From positions 7,912 to 71,911 of the forward strand of contig JBGSIV010000299.1 of the NCBI GenBank assembly GCA_041742355.1: 64,000 nt of DNA, read 5' to 3'. Below, one piece after another: positions 1 through 8,049 of this stretch (position 1 is its first letter; every line of letters begins with the position of its first letter). The notes below the pieces were generated by a model. That model ran no database searches and had not been told where the DNA came from. It saw only the letters and a list, made by a program, of their open reading frames with translations. This DNA is from Candidatus Zixiibacteriota bacterium. GTDB lineage: Bacteria > Zixibacteria > MSB-5A5 > GN15 > FEB-12. The position numbers and the translations under genes are program-made.

Positions 1-572
1 TGATCGACCGTCTCGAATACTCTGACCATGGAATCGGCCGCAACGATCTCCTTCACGGAGCGGCAATTGTCCAGCATGTATTGCATCCAGTGCGGGGAAT
101 GCAGGGGTGCGCGTTCGTCCGGGCTTGGGTTTTGCGTTTCGCCGAGAGCCATGGTGCTCATCACCAGCCCTTTTTCATTCATGCCGGCCCAGGCCAGCTG
201 GTGGCCGACCACCGTGAAGGTGACGCAGGCGTAGTTCGATGTCCACCGGGCAACCTGCCCGGTTGTACCGGGCATGAAACCGGACTCAATGATACCTCGC
301 TTATTGATAGATACCATGCCCTCGGGTATATCGTTATCATAATTGGATCCGAAGACGGCATGGCCACTGTCGGACAAACAGAACGACGTGCATGATCGGC
401 CATCGATCCGCAGGAGCAATTCTGTAGCAGGTCGACCACAAGCTGTTTCGCTCGGCACTTCATGCGCGAGATTTGGCTCATTGGATACAGGGCAACTACC
501 TTGCCGGCCATTGACCCCGGTGAATGAAACGGTGAAGAGAAGAATAGCAACGAAAGCAGTGAAGGATCTCAT
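1..572 (-). CDS. Ntn hydrolase of the choloylglycine-hydrolase / linear amide C-N hydrolase family, N-terminal part (gene runs off the window start)
   Basis: My own minus-strand translation from ATG 572 (GGGAGG 8 nt upstream) stays open to position 1. It is absent from the ORF track because there is no stop in the window. MRSFTAFVAILLFTVSFTG looks like a signal peptide. It is followed by GRSCTSFCLSDSGHAVFGSNYDND, the nucleophile-Cys context typical of this family. Confidence 0.55.
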   Translation of the reverse strand, partial: MRSFTAFVAILLFTVSFTGVNGRQGSCPVSNEPNLAHEVPSETACGRPATELLLRIDGRSCTSFCLSDSGHAVFGSNYDNDIPEGMVSINKRGIIESGFMPGTTGQVARWTSNYACVTFTVVGHQLAWAGMNEKGLVMSTMALGETQNPSPDERAPLHSPHWMQYMLDNCRSVKEIVAADSMVRVFETVD

Positions 573-828
573 AACCAAAACCTCCCTGCTGGTGTTTCAT
601 GTATGATTGCGCGGACGAAGGCACCCGAGTCGCAGATCAGTTTGTTGCTTTCCAACGATTTCCGTTGATTCAGGTGAAGCATAACTGGATTCTGAACTGG
701 AATCTCGCAAAGTTTTGGGGAGAGTGATATTGGAGTCGCTTGGAGATCCCGCGCTGCTCGTTTGTTCAAACAACACCGGTCATACTACCGTTCCTCTGAC
801 CATCAAGGAAGTCAGCGCTATCACCGCC

Positions 829-2181
829 CTAGCTGACTGAACCCTTTTCATTCGACAAACGAGCAGCACCTTTTGGGTGTTCACGAGATTGCCACAGCGC
901 CGGAAGGTGCTCGATATAGATAGCGGCGAGCAGGAGAGCCGTGGCTAAGAAGAGAAATCCTCCGTATCCGTAGAGCGAGAAATCACCCAGCAGGTCAAAG
1001 AAGACAACGTTTGAAATGAGAATTGACAGCAGGACAAGATAGAATGACGTTGTGCCTTGTGTATGAAGTGTTCGAGCACCCCGCGAACCTGTCCACGAAC
1101 CCGCCTGCCGGACGTGCCATAGCAGGAAAGACTGAACAAATGGAAGAAAGGCAAAATCAATCGGCCACGATGTTTTCAGTACGAATGGAGTGGTAAGAAA
1201 AACTATCGAAAAACTCCACAGATTCACTTGGTACACGCGTGCACGCTGTATCCGGTAAACGAAGACGAGGTTGGTAGCTGCAATCGCGTATGAGAGTATC
1301 CATAGTACCCAATGTGCAATCGGCGCGTCAGTGCCGTCTGCCCCTAGCAGACGCAGAGCGACATGTGGAAAGAACTGCGAATGTGGGTTCGCGGTGACCC
1401 AGTCGGACTCTCGAAATGACGCGATGAGAGCACCGTAAAATTCAATTGCACCGTCCGTGCCCAGAACCGCACTTGGAATCAGGCACAGCAATAGAATCAA
1501 TGGTGCTGCGCCCAGAAGAGCGAAACGAGCGTTACGGCAGGCTAAGAAGGGTACGAGGAAGATGACGGGGTAGAATTTGAAACTCGAGGCGAATGCCAGG
1601 AGAAACGCAGCAGTGATGTAGTGACCGCGTTCGACGGCCCACAGTGCTCCGATAAGAGCTACCATTATGAAGGTGCTAGTATTTCCAGTGAGGAAGTTCA
1701 GCCACAGTGGGTAAGAGAATAGAGTGAGCGAAACGACAAGAATGTGGAATGGAAGCGCCCCCGGCAAGAGGCGATGTAATAGCAGCAGGCAAAGTACAAT
1801 TGCGGTTGCCTGCAGAATTCCCCAGAGAATCAATGATACGTCGAGCCCCAGTGGCGGAAAGGCCGCCAGGAGGATAGCGTTGAAGGGTGAATAAAGAAAG
1901 CCGTCCACCGGCAATCCGGTGTGGAATATAGCCTTCCCCATGGGAAGGTAATAGTCTACGAAATCGCAGAACAATTGTGGGCACACGCCAACATTAGCGA
2001 CGAATCTATTCCAAGTGAGACTACTGTAGGCAAGAAGCAATATCGCTATCCCAAGCCCTCCGGCGATGAACAACTTAGGGCGGGTGTGAGACACTGCCAG
2101 AGAAGAACCGGATTGCGTCTTCCGAACGTGTTGCTCATGTCTCTGCATAGTTCTTACCACCTCAGCTAGCCGGGCCTTCAA
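829..2181 (-). CDS. Polytopic membrane protein, GT87/DUF2029-like glycosyltransferase
   Basis: 450-aa ORF with more than 10 hydrophobic helices. The N-terminal loop DFVDYYLPMGKAIFHTGLPVDGFLYSPFNAILLAAFPPLG resembles the DUF2029/GT87 signature. The listed start is TTG. ATG 2148 (MQRHEQ..) is an alternative. Confidence 0.55.
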   Translation of the reverse strand: MKARLAEVVRTMQRHEQHVRKTQSGSSLAVSHTRPKLFIAGGLGIAILLLAYSSLTWNRFVANVGVCPQLFCDFVDYYLPMGKAIFHTGLPVDGFLYSPFNAILLAAFPPLGLDVSLILWGILQATAIVLCLLLLHRLLPGALPFHILVVSLTLFSYPLWLNFLTGNTSTFIMVALIGALWAVERGHYITAAFLLAFASSFKFYPVIFLVPFLACRNARFALLGAAPLILLLCLIPSAVLGTDGAIEFYGALIASFRESDWVTANPHSQFFPHVALRLLGADGTDAPIAHWVLWILSYAIAATNLVFVYRIQRARVYQVNLWSFSIVFLTTPFVLKTSWPIDFAFLPFVQSFLLWHVRQAGSWTGSRGARTLHTQGTTSFYLVLLSILISNVVFFDLLGDFSLYGYGGFLFLATALLLAAIYIEHLPALWQSREHPKGAARLSNEKGSVS

Positions 2182-2729
2182 CCGGCCGCCCTTTGCTCTC
2201 CTTCATGAAGTCCATCGCGTAGTAACCTTTATTATATAGCATATATCATGAGACAAACCCAGAATTCCGGCGTGATGGGCCTTCATGCATTCCAGAAGAT
2301 GCGGCGGGATAGGTCTGGCGACGCGACGTCATGTGCAAACTTGAGTCCAGCTTATTGCCTCCCGTCAACGGAGGTCACTCCAGATTATCTTCATCCACGC
2401 ACTTCCTTGTTCCCCGACGACGTCCGCCGATCTTGGCATAATGTGACTGGAACGGAAAGCTGAAAGTCACCAAAGTTTGGGGACAGTGAGGTCGGGGCCT
2501 CTTGGATTCAGAAGAAGCCCCTTCGGCAAGTATGTCGAAAGGCTTTTCATATGTGGGACAATGGGCCTTGTGGGTCAAGGTCGCTGTTTGCCGGTATCCA
2601 CTCGGCAGCCAAGTCGGTGGGACGAGTTGGTGCTGGTCCGGGTCAAGGCTTGTGGAGTCTTGATATGGCTTTCCAGAGGCGGTATATTTTGCCGTTCACA
2701 CTACCGGTCCAGCGCCCTGACGCAGGACT

Positions 2730-3530
2730 TTGGTCCAATCACCTCGATTCGAAGGGCGGTCTGATTTGAGCGAGCCGACACCACGCTTTTGGCAGATATT
2801 TTTCGAGGTTTTTGAGTCGCTGCCGAGGCAGGGACCGGGTAACCGAACCTGTGCTGCCAAGGCGCTTGCCATGTGTAGCGGCCTGCCGCCTTTGCCCAGA
2901 GTGTTGGATCTCGGCTGCGGTGTCGGCGGGCAGACGATTTACCTTGCCGAACTGACTTCGGGTGCTGTTGTGGCTATCGACAACCACGTTCCCAGCATCG
3001 AGCGATTGAGGGTAAAGGTGTCAGAGTTAGGGCTCTCCCAACGAGTTTCGCCGGTGGTCGGCGATATGGCCCACCCGGGACTACCGCCTTCGAGCTTTGA
3101 CCTCGTCTGGTCGGAGGGGGCGCTCTATAACATTGGCATTGAAAGGGCCCTGGGGATCTGTCATGGACTTCTTCGCCCCGGAGGGTACCTCGCCTTCACC
3201 GACGCAGTCTGGCGCAAGGAGAACCCACCGGTCGAAGTGAGAGAGAGCTTTGACCTCGATTACCCGACCATGGGTACGGTCCCTGATGTTCTGGCGGCCA
3301 TTGAAGGTTCCGGGTTTTCGCTGATCGGGCACTTCACATTACCGGACGACGCCTGGTGGGAGGATTTCTACACGCCGATGGAGCTTCGCATCGAGGAGTT
3401 GCGCGGCAAGTATGCGGCCGACAACGAAGCGCTTGCTGTGCTTGACCAACTCAAGCAGGAACCCGCGATGCACCGGAGGTACTCAGACTACTATGCCTAT
3501 GAGTTTTTCGTGTTGTGCCGGGTAAAGTGA
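2730..3530 (+). CDS. Class I SAM-dependent methyltransferase
   Basis: Motif I VLDLGCGVGGQTIYLAE, followed by VVAIDN and DLVWSEGALYNIG. The start is uncertain: TTG 2730 or TTG 2766, with no nearby ATG. Confidence 0.8.
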   Translation: MVQSPRFEGRSDLSEPTPRFWQIFFEVFESLPRQGPGNRTCAAKALAMCSGLPPLPRVLDLGCGVGGQTIYLAELTSGAVVAIDNHVPSIERLRVKVSELGLSQRVSPVVGDMAHPGLPPSSFDLVWSEGALYNIGIERALGICHGLLRPGGYLAFTDAVWRKENPPVEVRESFDLDYPTMGTVPDVLAAIEGSGFSLIGHFTLPDDAWWEDFYTPMELRIEELRGKYAADNEALAVLDQLKQEPAMHRRYSDYYAYEFFVLCRVK

Positions 3531-3779
3531 ATGAGCCGGAGTCCTTGTTCCTCGAGTACTATGGCCTGTCGTGAATGCATCCACCTGAGTATTTGTGCAG
3601 TCAGGTAATACCGGATTGGGAACCGGAACGTCACAAGGGCGTGGAGAGGGTGGACTGGCGTTGCTACAGAGCGCAAGAACTCCTGCCGGAGTGATTGAGC
3701 CTTCTCCTTCCATGGATGGCAGGAGTGTATGTCGCAGGCGGCGCCGACGTTATCCGCAACCGGATGTCTCCAGAAAGCC

Positions 3780-4400
3780 CTACCCCTTTCGCTGCCCCGC
3801 CAAGTACGCCCGGATCAGGCAGTCGATCGTTTTTTCGAGGCGCCCCCAGCCGAAGTTGGAGTGCAGGTCTATGCCGAGGTACTTGTCGGCCGTGCGCGAA
3901 CACAGCACCATGTGGGTGAGACCGGCATGGACCAGGGCTATAACCGCGCCGACGTCGATCTCCGGGTAGGCGGCCGAGTCGATCGAGAGTGCCGCCAGGA
4001 GTTCCGACCCTCGCTTTTCGCGGACGGCGGCGAACTTCTCAGTCAGTTCGTTGCGCTCGAAGAGCTCCCAGCGGGCCACTTCCTGGGTCGGCTTGCGGCG
4101 CCGCAGTTCCTTCAGGCTGTTGGTGAGCACACGGATTAGGGCATCCTCCGGATCCGCCACGCGGCGCGGGTTAACGCCGGGTCCGAACAAGTCAACGGTC
4201 GAGGGCCAGAGACTGGTCTCTTCGCCGATCGCCCGCAGCACCTCCGACAGGCTTCCGAAGTAGCGGTAAATCAGGACTTTGTCAACTCCGGCTTCCCGCG
4301 CGAGAGAGTTGATGCCAAAATCCCGCCCTCCGGACTTTGTCAGGAGGCGCTCGGCCGCCTTGAGTATCCGCTCTCTGGTCTCCACCTTGTCACGCTTCAT
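3780..4400 (-). CDS. TetR/AcrR family transcriptional regulator
   Basis: N-terminal HTH: RERILKAAERLLTKSGGRDFGINSLAREAGVDKVLIYRYFGS. I prefer ATG 4400 (GAGGAGG 8 nt upstream) over the GTG 4454 start in the ORF track. Confidence 0.88.
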   Translation of the reverse strand: MKRDKVETRERILKAAERLLTKSGGRDFGINSLAREAGVDKVLIYRYFGSLSEVLRAIGEETSLWPSTVDLFGPGVNPRRVADPEDALIRVLTNSLKELRRRKPTQEVARWELFERNELTEKFAAVREKRGSELLAALSIDSAAYPEIDVGAVIALVHAGLTHMVLCSRTADKYLGIDLHSNFGWGRLEKTIDCLIRAYLAGQRKG

Positions 4401-4686
4401 GGCGACATCCTCCTCGGGACACGAAATCTCGACGTCATCTGTCCGGTCTGGCACAGGATGCCGGTCTGTAAGTGATGCGATGACCGGTCAATGGTCCGTT
4501 TATCGTGAAGCGGACGGTTGCCCCAGAGCGCGAAAAGTGGGGCACCCGTTCGTTGATTGCGATCAGACGACACTCGTCCCTGCCGATAGGACGGAAACGA
4601 GGCGGTGGCGCTTGCAGGTTCGGCAGGGAATGTGGCGCGCGGGCGGACTCAGTTTATGTCACCGCCCAGCGACAGTTAAAATCATC

Positions 4687-4702
4687 GTCACCTAACGGTG
4701 AC
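4687..4702. promoter_or_regulatory. Candidate operator palindrome 1: GTCACC-TAAC-GGTGAC
   Basis: Perfect 6+6 inverted repeat. On the minus strand it fills the 17-nt spacer between a TTGACA (4709-4704) and GATGAT, which suits an autoregulated tetR promoter. Confidence 0.45.
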
Positions 4703-4751
4703 TTGTCAAGTTCTTTCGGGGGCTCTTGGCCTGTTAGGGAGCCGAAACAAT

Positions 4752-4766
4752 TCACCGATCGGTGAC
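4752..4766. promoter_or_regulatory. Candidate operator palindrome 2: TCACC-GATC-GGTGAC
   Basis: Same TCACC-N4-GGTGA(C) core as site 1, with centres 64 bp apart. Additional half-sites occur at about 4661 (GTCACCG) and about 4843 (TTCACCGA). Confidence 0.45.
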
Positions 4767-4964
4767 ACCGGGCTCCACGTTATCGGCGCAACTCAAATAT
4801 GGATCGTAACCTACACGAATCCGGCATCGCTGTCGTTAAATTTCACCGAAAAACTCCGCTATCGCTTTCCTGAAGTCAACTGATTGTATCCTAATTCGCT
4901 TCTCGACCCCTCATTGGTATACTGCAGTCGCTTCCCCTCTCCAACCCGCTTGTCCAAATCTGTC

Positions 4965-4993
4965 TTGACATGGATAATGCGCTCGATTATATG
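4965..4993 (+). promoter_or_regulatory. Putative sigma70-type promoter for the hdr-mvh operon
   Basis: TTGACA (4965-4970), a 17-nt spacer, then TATATG (4988-4993), about 90 nt upstream of hdrC. An alternative extended -10, TGGTATACT, lies at 4915-4923. Confidence 0.35.
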
Positions 4994-5079
4994 CGTAACA
5001 GAAGGCTGACTCGTATGGGTCAAGCCGGCGTCAGGGACTACCGATCGCAGTCAAGAACCTGAATCCTCGCGGAGGAGTT

Positions 5080-5670
5080 GTGGAAGAGAAGACCTCTCCC
5101 TTTCCCAGAAAGGAAGCCGAGCTTCGCGCCGCCTTCTGGGATCAAGTAAGCAGTTTTCCCGAAGGCCACAAGGTCAGGCTCTGCCTGCAGTGTGGTACCT
5201 GCACCGGGGCGTGTCCGGTTTCGTACGCGATGGACATCACCCCGCGCCAGACAATCGCCCTCTTTCGCGCCGGCCACCTCGAGGAGATCCTCAACAGCCG
5301 CGCGATCTGGATGTGCGCGTCCTGCTACTCGTGTACGGTCCGCTGCCCCGTCGGGATCAAGGTCACCGATACCATGTATGCGCTGAAGCGTGTGGCAATG
5401 GACAAGGGGATCTACCCGCGGCAGTTCCCGGTTCACACGCTGTCCCGGATATTTGTGAACTACATCAAGAAGTACGGGCGCAACTATGAGTTGGGACTGG
5501 GTACGCGGTATCTGCTGGCCACCCGACCTTCGAAGATGTTGGGAAGCGCCGGGCTCGGCCTGTCGCTCATTCGCAGCGGCCGGATGGGGTTGGTCCCGAA
5601 GAAGCTCAAGCGGGTCAACCAGATCCGTGCGATTATCGAGAAGGCGAATCAGTTCGGGGAGGGTGTATGA
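5080..5670 (+). CDS. hdrC: Heterodisulfide reductase subunit C-like (2x[4Fe-4S])
   Basis: Two CX2CX2CX3CP motifs: CLQCGTCTGACP and CASCYSCTVRCP. GTG start preceded by GGAGGAG. The stop overlaps the hdrB ATG (ATGA). Confidence 0.85.
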   Translation: MEEKTSPFPRKEAELRAAFWDQVSSFPEGHKVRLCLQCGTCTGACPVSYAMDITPRQTIALFRAGHLEEILNSRAIWMCASCYSCTVRCPVGIKVTDTMYALKRVAMDKGIYPRQFPVHTLSRIFVNYIKKYGRNYELGLGTRYLLATRPSKMLGSAGLGLSLIRSGRMGLVPKKLKRVNQIRAIIEKANQFGEGV

Positions 5671-6557
5671 TGGACTTTGCCTACTATCCCGGCTGCAGCC
5701 TCGAGCACACGGCCAGTCCTTACGACAAGTCGATCCGGGCGGTCTTTTCCTCCCTGGGGATCGGGCTGCATGAAATCGAAGACTGGAACTGTTGCGGCGC
5801 CACGATGTACATGTCGGTCAAGAAGATCGTCGGCTACTCGATCAGTGCCCGCAACCTCGCCCTTGCCCAGAATATGGGAATGCAGATCTGCGCCCCCTGT
5901 TCGAGTTGCTACACCATTCTCCAAAAGACCAACCGGCACATCGCTTGGGATCCCCGTGAACGCGCTAAGATAAACCAGGCACTGGCGGCGGCCGACCTGT
6001 CCTACGATACCCTCGTGGAGGTGCGGCACCCGCTTGATATCCTTGTGAACGACTATGGCCTACAGGAGATCATCGGCCGGGTGACAACCCCCCTGACCGG
6101 ACTCCGTGTGGCGCCGTACTATGGCTGCCAGGTCGTGCGGCCGCACGGCTTGTTCGACGATGTGGATGACCCGGTGACCATGGACAAGCTGCTGGCCTGT
6201 GTTGACGCCGAGGTGGTCAATTATCCCTGCAAAGTGCGCTGCTGCGGCGGGATGCTCATGATCACGCAGGAGGACCTTGCGCTCGGATTGAATATGAGAC
6301 TGCTCGAAGCGGCGGTGGAGAACGGCGCGCAGGTGATTGCGACTGCCTGTCCGCTGTGCCAGATGAACCTCGAGGCTTACCAGAAGAAGATCAACGCGAT
6401 GTTCAACCGCAACTTCCACATCCCGATCGTGTACTTCAGCCACCTGCTCGGGCTTGCCCTGGGACTCGATGCGAAGACTCTGGGGCTCGATCAGCTGTAT
6501 GTCCCGCTGGATCTGTCGCGGGCGGCGGTGCTTCAACCTTCAGAGGTGCACTCATGA
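5667..6557 (+). CDS. hdrB: Heterodisulfide reductase subunit B-like (two CCG domains)
   Basis: YYPGCSL, NCCGATMYM, YYGCQVVRP, VRCCGGMLM and CPLCQMNL match the duplicated CCG-domain pattern of HdrB. Confidence 0.9.
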   Translation: MMDFAYYPGCSLEHTASPYDKSIRAVFSSLGIGLHEIEDWNCCGATMYMSVKKIVGYSISARNLALAQNMGMQICAPCSSCYTILQKTNRHIAWDPRERAKINQALAAADLSYDTLVEVRHPLDILVNDYGLQEIIGRVTTPLTGLRVAPYYGCQVVRPHGLFDDVDDPVTMDKLLACVDAEVVNYPCKVRCCGGMLMITQEDLALGLNMRLLEAAVENGAQVIATACPLCQMNLEAYQKKINAMFNRNFHIPIVYFSHLLGLALGLDAKTLGLDQLYVPLDLSRAAVLQPSEVHS

Positions 6558-7531
6558 GCAACACACCCGAACACAACGGCAACGGCATCCGTGTCGGCGT
6601 CTATGTCTGCCACTGCGGGAGTAATATCGCGAAGACGGTCGATGTCGTCGCGGCGGCTGAAGCGGCAGGCCAACTCCCCGGTGTGGTAGTCGCGCGGCAC
6701 TACCGCTTCATGTGTTCCGACCCGGGACAAGAATTGATCCAGAAGGATATCAAGGAACTGAAGCTGAACCGCATTGTGGTCGCCGCCTGCAGCCCGCTCA
6801 TGCATGAGCAGACGTTCCGCAAGGCGGTCGAAGGGGCCGGCCTGAACCGTTATTTCTTCGAGATGGCCAATATCCGCGAACAGGTCAGCTGGGTGACGAT
6901 TGACTCCCGGGCTGCCACGGAGAAAGTGCACCGGTTGATCCGCGGGTCGGTCGCGCGCGTGCATTTTCATGAGCCGCTCGAGATGCGCCGGGTGCCGATC
7001 AAGAAACGCGTGATGATCGTCGGCGGCGGTATCGCCGGAATCGAGGCTGCCCTCCAGATCGCCGACGCCGGATTCGAGGTCGTCCTGGTGGAACGGGAGG
7101 CCTCTATCGGCGGTCACATGGCGCAGTTCGACAAGACTTTTCCGACGCTGGATTGTGCCGCCTGCATTCTCACCCCGAAGATGGTCGCAGTCGGGAAGCA
7201 CCCCAATATCCGCCTGATGACCTGGGCCGAGGTTGACCAGGTGACCGGCTTTGTGGGGGATTTCAAGATCAAAGTGCGCCGGAAAGCGCGCTACGTCGAT
7301 GTGGATAAGTGCAACAGCTGCGGCTCGTGCTACGAAGCCTGTCCCAGCCAGCCGTCGCCGCGGTTCCGCCGGCTCAAGCTTGGCTCGCAGGTAATCTGCG
7401 AGGGCAGGGCGCTGCAGATTCGCCATCCCAGCGTCCTTGGCCCCGAGCACGATCTGACCATGCTGACAGGCGCGCAACCGATGCCGGAGTCGGTGTCGGT
7501 GCCGGTGCCGGTGAAAGGAGGCGCCCGGTGA
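6554..7531 (+). CDS. hdrA: HdrA-like flavoprotein, N-terminal half only (N-terminal Cys cluster domain, FAD-binding fold, first ferredoxin motif)
   Basis: The true start is ATG 6554 (ATGA overlap with hdrB), not 6356. Motifs: VGVYVCHCGSNIAKTVD, VMIVGGGIAGIEAALQIADAG, GGHMAQFDKTFPTLDCAACILTPKM, VDVDKCNSCGSCYEACP. It ends after a roughly 55-aa tail with no recognisable motif. Confidence 0.85.
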   Translation: MSNTPEHNGNGIRVGVYVCHCGSNIAKTVDVVAAAEAAGQLPGVVVARHYRFMCSDPGQELIQKDIKELKLNRIVVAACSPLMHEQTFRKAVEGAGLNRYFFEMANIREQVSWVTIDSRAATEKVHRLIRGSVARVHFHEPLEMRRVPIKKRVMIVGGGIAGIEAALQIADAGFEVVLVEREASIGGHMAQFDKTFPTLDCAACILTPKMVAVGKHPNIRLMTWAEVDQVTGFVGDFKIKVRRKARYVDVDKCNSCGSCYEACPSQPSPRFRRLKLGSQVICEGRALQIRHPSVLGPEHDLTMLTGAQPMPESVSVPVPVKGGAR

Positions 7532-8049
7532 AGACCGCAGTTGACAATCACTATGACCTGGCCGAAGCGATCGATGCGATCGTAAGCAGGTATGAGGCGA
7601 AACAAACCGCCCTCATCATGATCCTTCAGGATGTTCAGAAGCACTACCGCTACCTCCCAGTCGAAGCCCTTCGGCTGGTGGCGAAGAGAATGGATCTGCC
7701 GGTCGCGCAGATTTTCGGAGTGGCTACATTCTACCGGTCATTCAGTTTGAAGCCCAAAGGGAAGAACCACGTGTGCGTCTGCACCGGGACTGCCTGCCAC
7801 GTGCGGCAGGCCGGGGTGATTGTGGATCGCCTGGAAACCGCCCTCAAAATCAAGGCGGGCGAGACCACCGGCGACCAGCAGTTCAGTCTCGAGACGGTAA
7901 ACTGCCTGGGCGCCTGCGCGCTTGGTCCGCTGGTGACGGCCAACGAGCAGTACTACGGGAATATGACGGTACGCAAGGTCGATCGGATGCTGGCGGAACT
8001 CCAGGGAACAATAGCCGAAGCAGACCCGGATGAAGAGGAGGAGGCATGA
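7528..8049 (+). CDS. NuoE/HoxE/HydC-like thioredoxin-fold [2Fe-2S] protein
   Basis: GTG 7528 start (GAAAGGAGG at 7512-7520; GTGA overlap with the upstream stop). Motifs: LIMILQDVQKHYRYLP, VCVCTGTACHVRQAG, VNCLGACALGP. Confidence 0.85.
   Translation: MKTAVDNHYDLAEAIDAIVSRYEAKQTALIMILQDVQKHYRYLPVEALRLVAKRMDLPVAQIFGVATFYRSFSLKPKGKNHVCVCTGTACHVRQAGVIVDRLETALKIKAGETTGDQQFSLETVNCLGACALGPLVTANEQYYGNMTVRKVDRMLAELQGTIAEADPDEEEEA

Noticed and set aside
2182-2729. Small ORFs (67-95 aa) and a GGGGC...GCCCC hairpin in the 550-bp gap between the GT87-like gene and the methyltransferase
   Set aside because: The ORFs overlap one another in different frames and have odd composition with no motifs. The hairpin is weak, with a long loop and no U-tract. 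I left the region as unassigned intergenic sequence.
6356-6553. Long N-terminal extensions in the ORF track: 6356 for hdrA-N, 7309 for nuoE-like, 12130 for mvhG, 28513 for the phosphatase, 30488 for barrel-TPR, 38813 for the tail-fibre-like gene, 44556 for the kinase, 57241 for cusB
   Set aside because: Each extension overlaps the upstream gene in another frame and is Arg/Pro/Ala-rich with no motifs. In every case an internal start with an SD or a stop-start overlap gives a sensible N-terminus, such as a signal peptide or a conserved first motif.
7529-7531. Possible selenocysteine (TGA) read-through joining the HdrA N-half to downstream sequence, since HdrA and Mvh subunits are selenoproteins in some organisms
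   Set aside because: Continuing in the same frame past TGA 7529-7531 gives RPQLTITMTWPKRSMRS and then a TAA stop, with no HdrA-like sequence. The downstream NuoE-like gene is in a different frame and has its own SD and GTG. The mvhA C-terminal motif uses Cys (DPCFGCATH).
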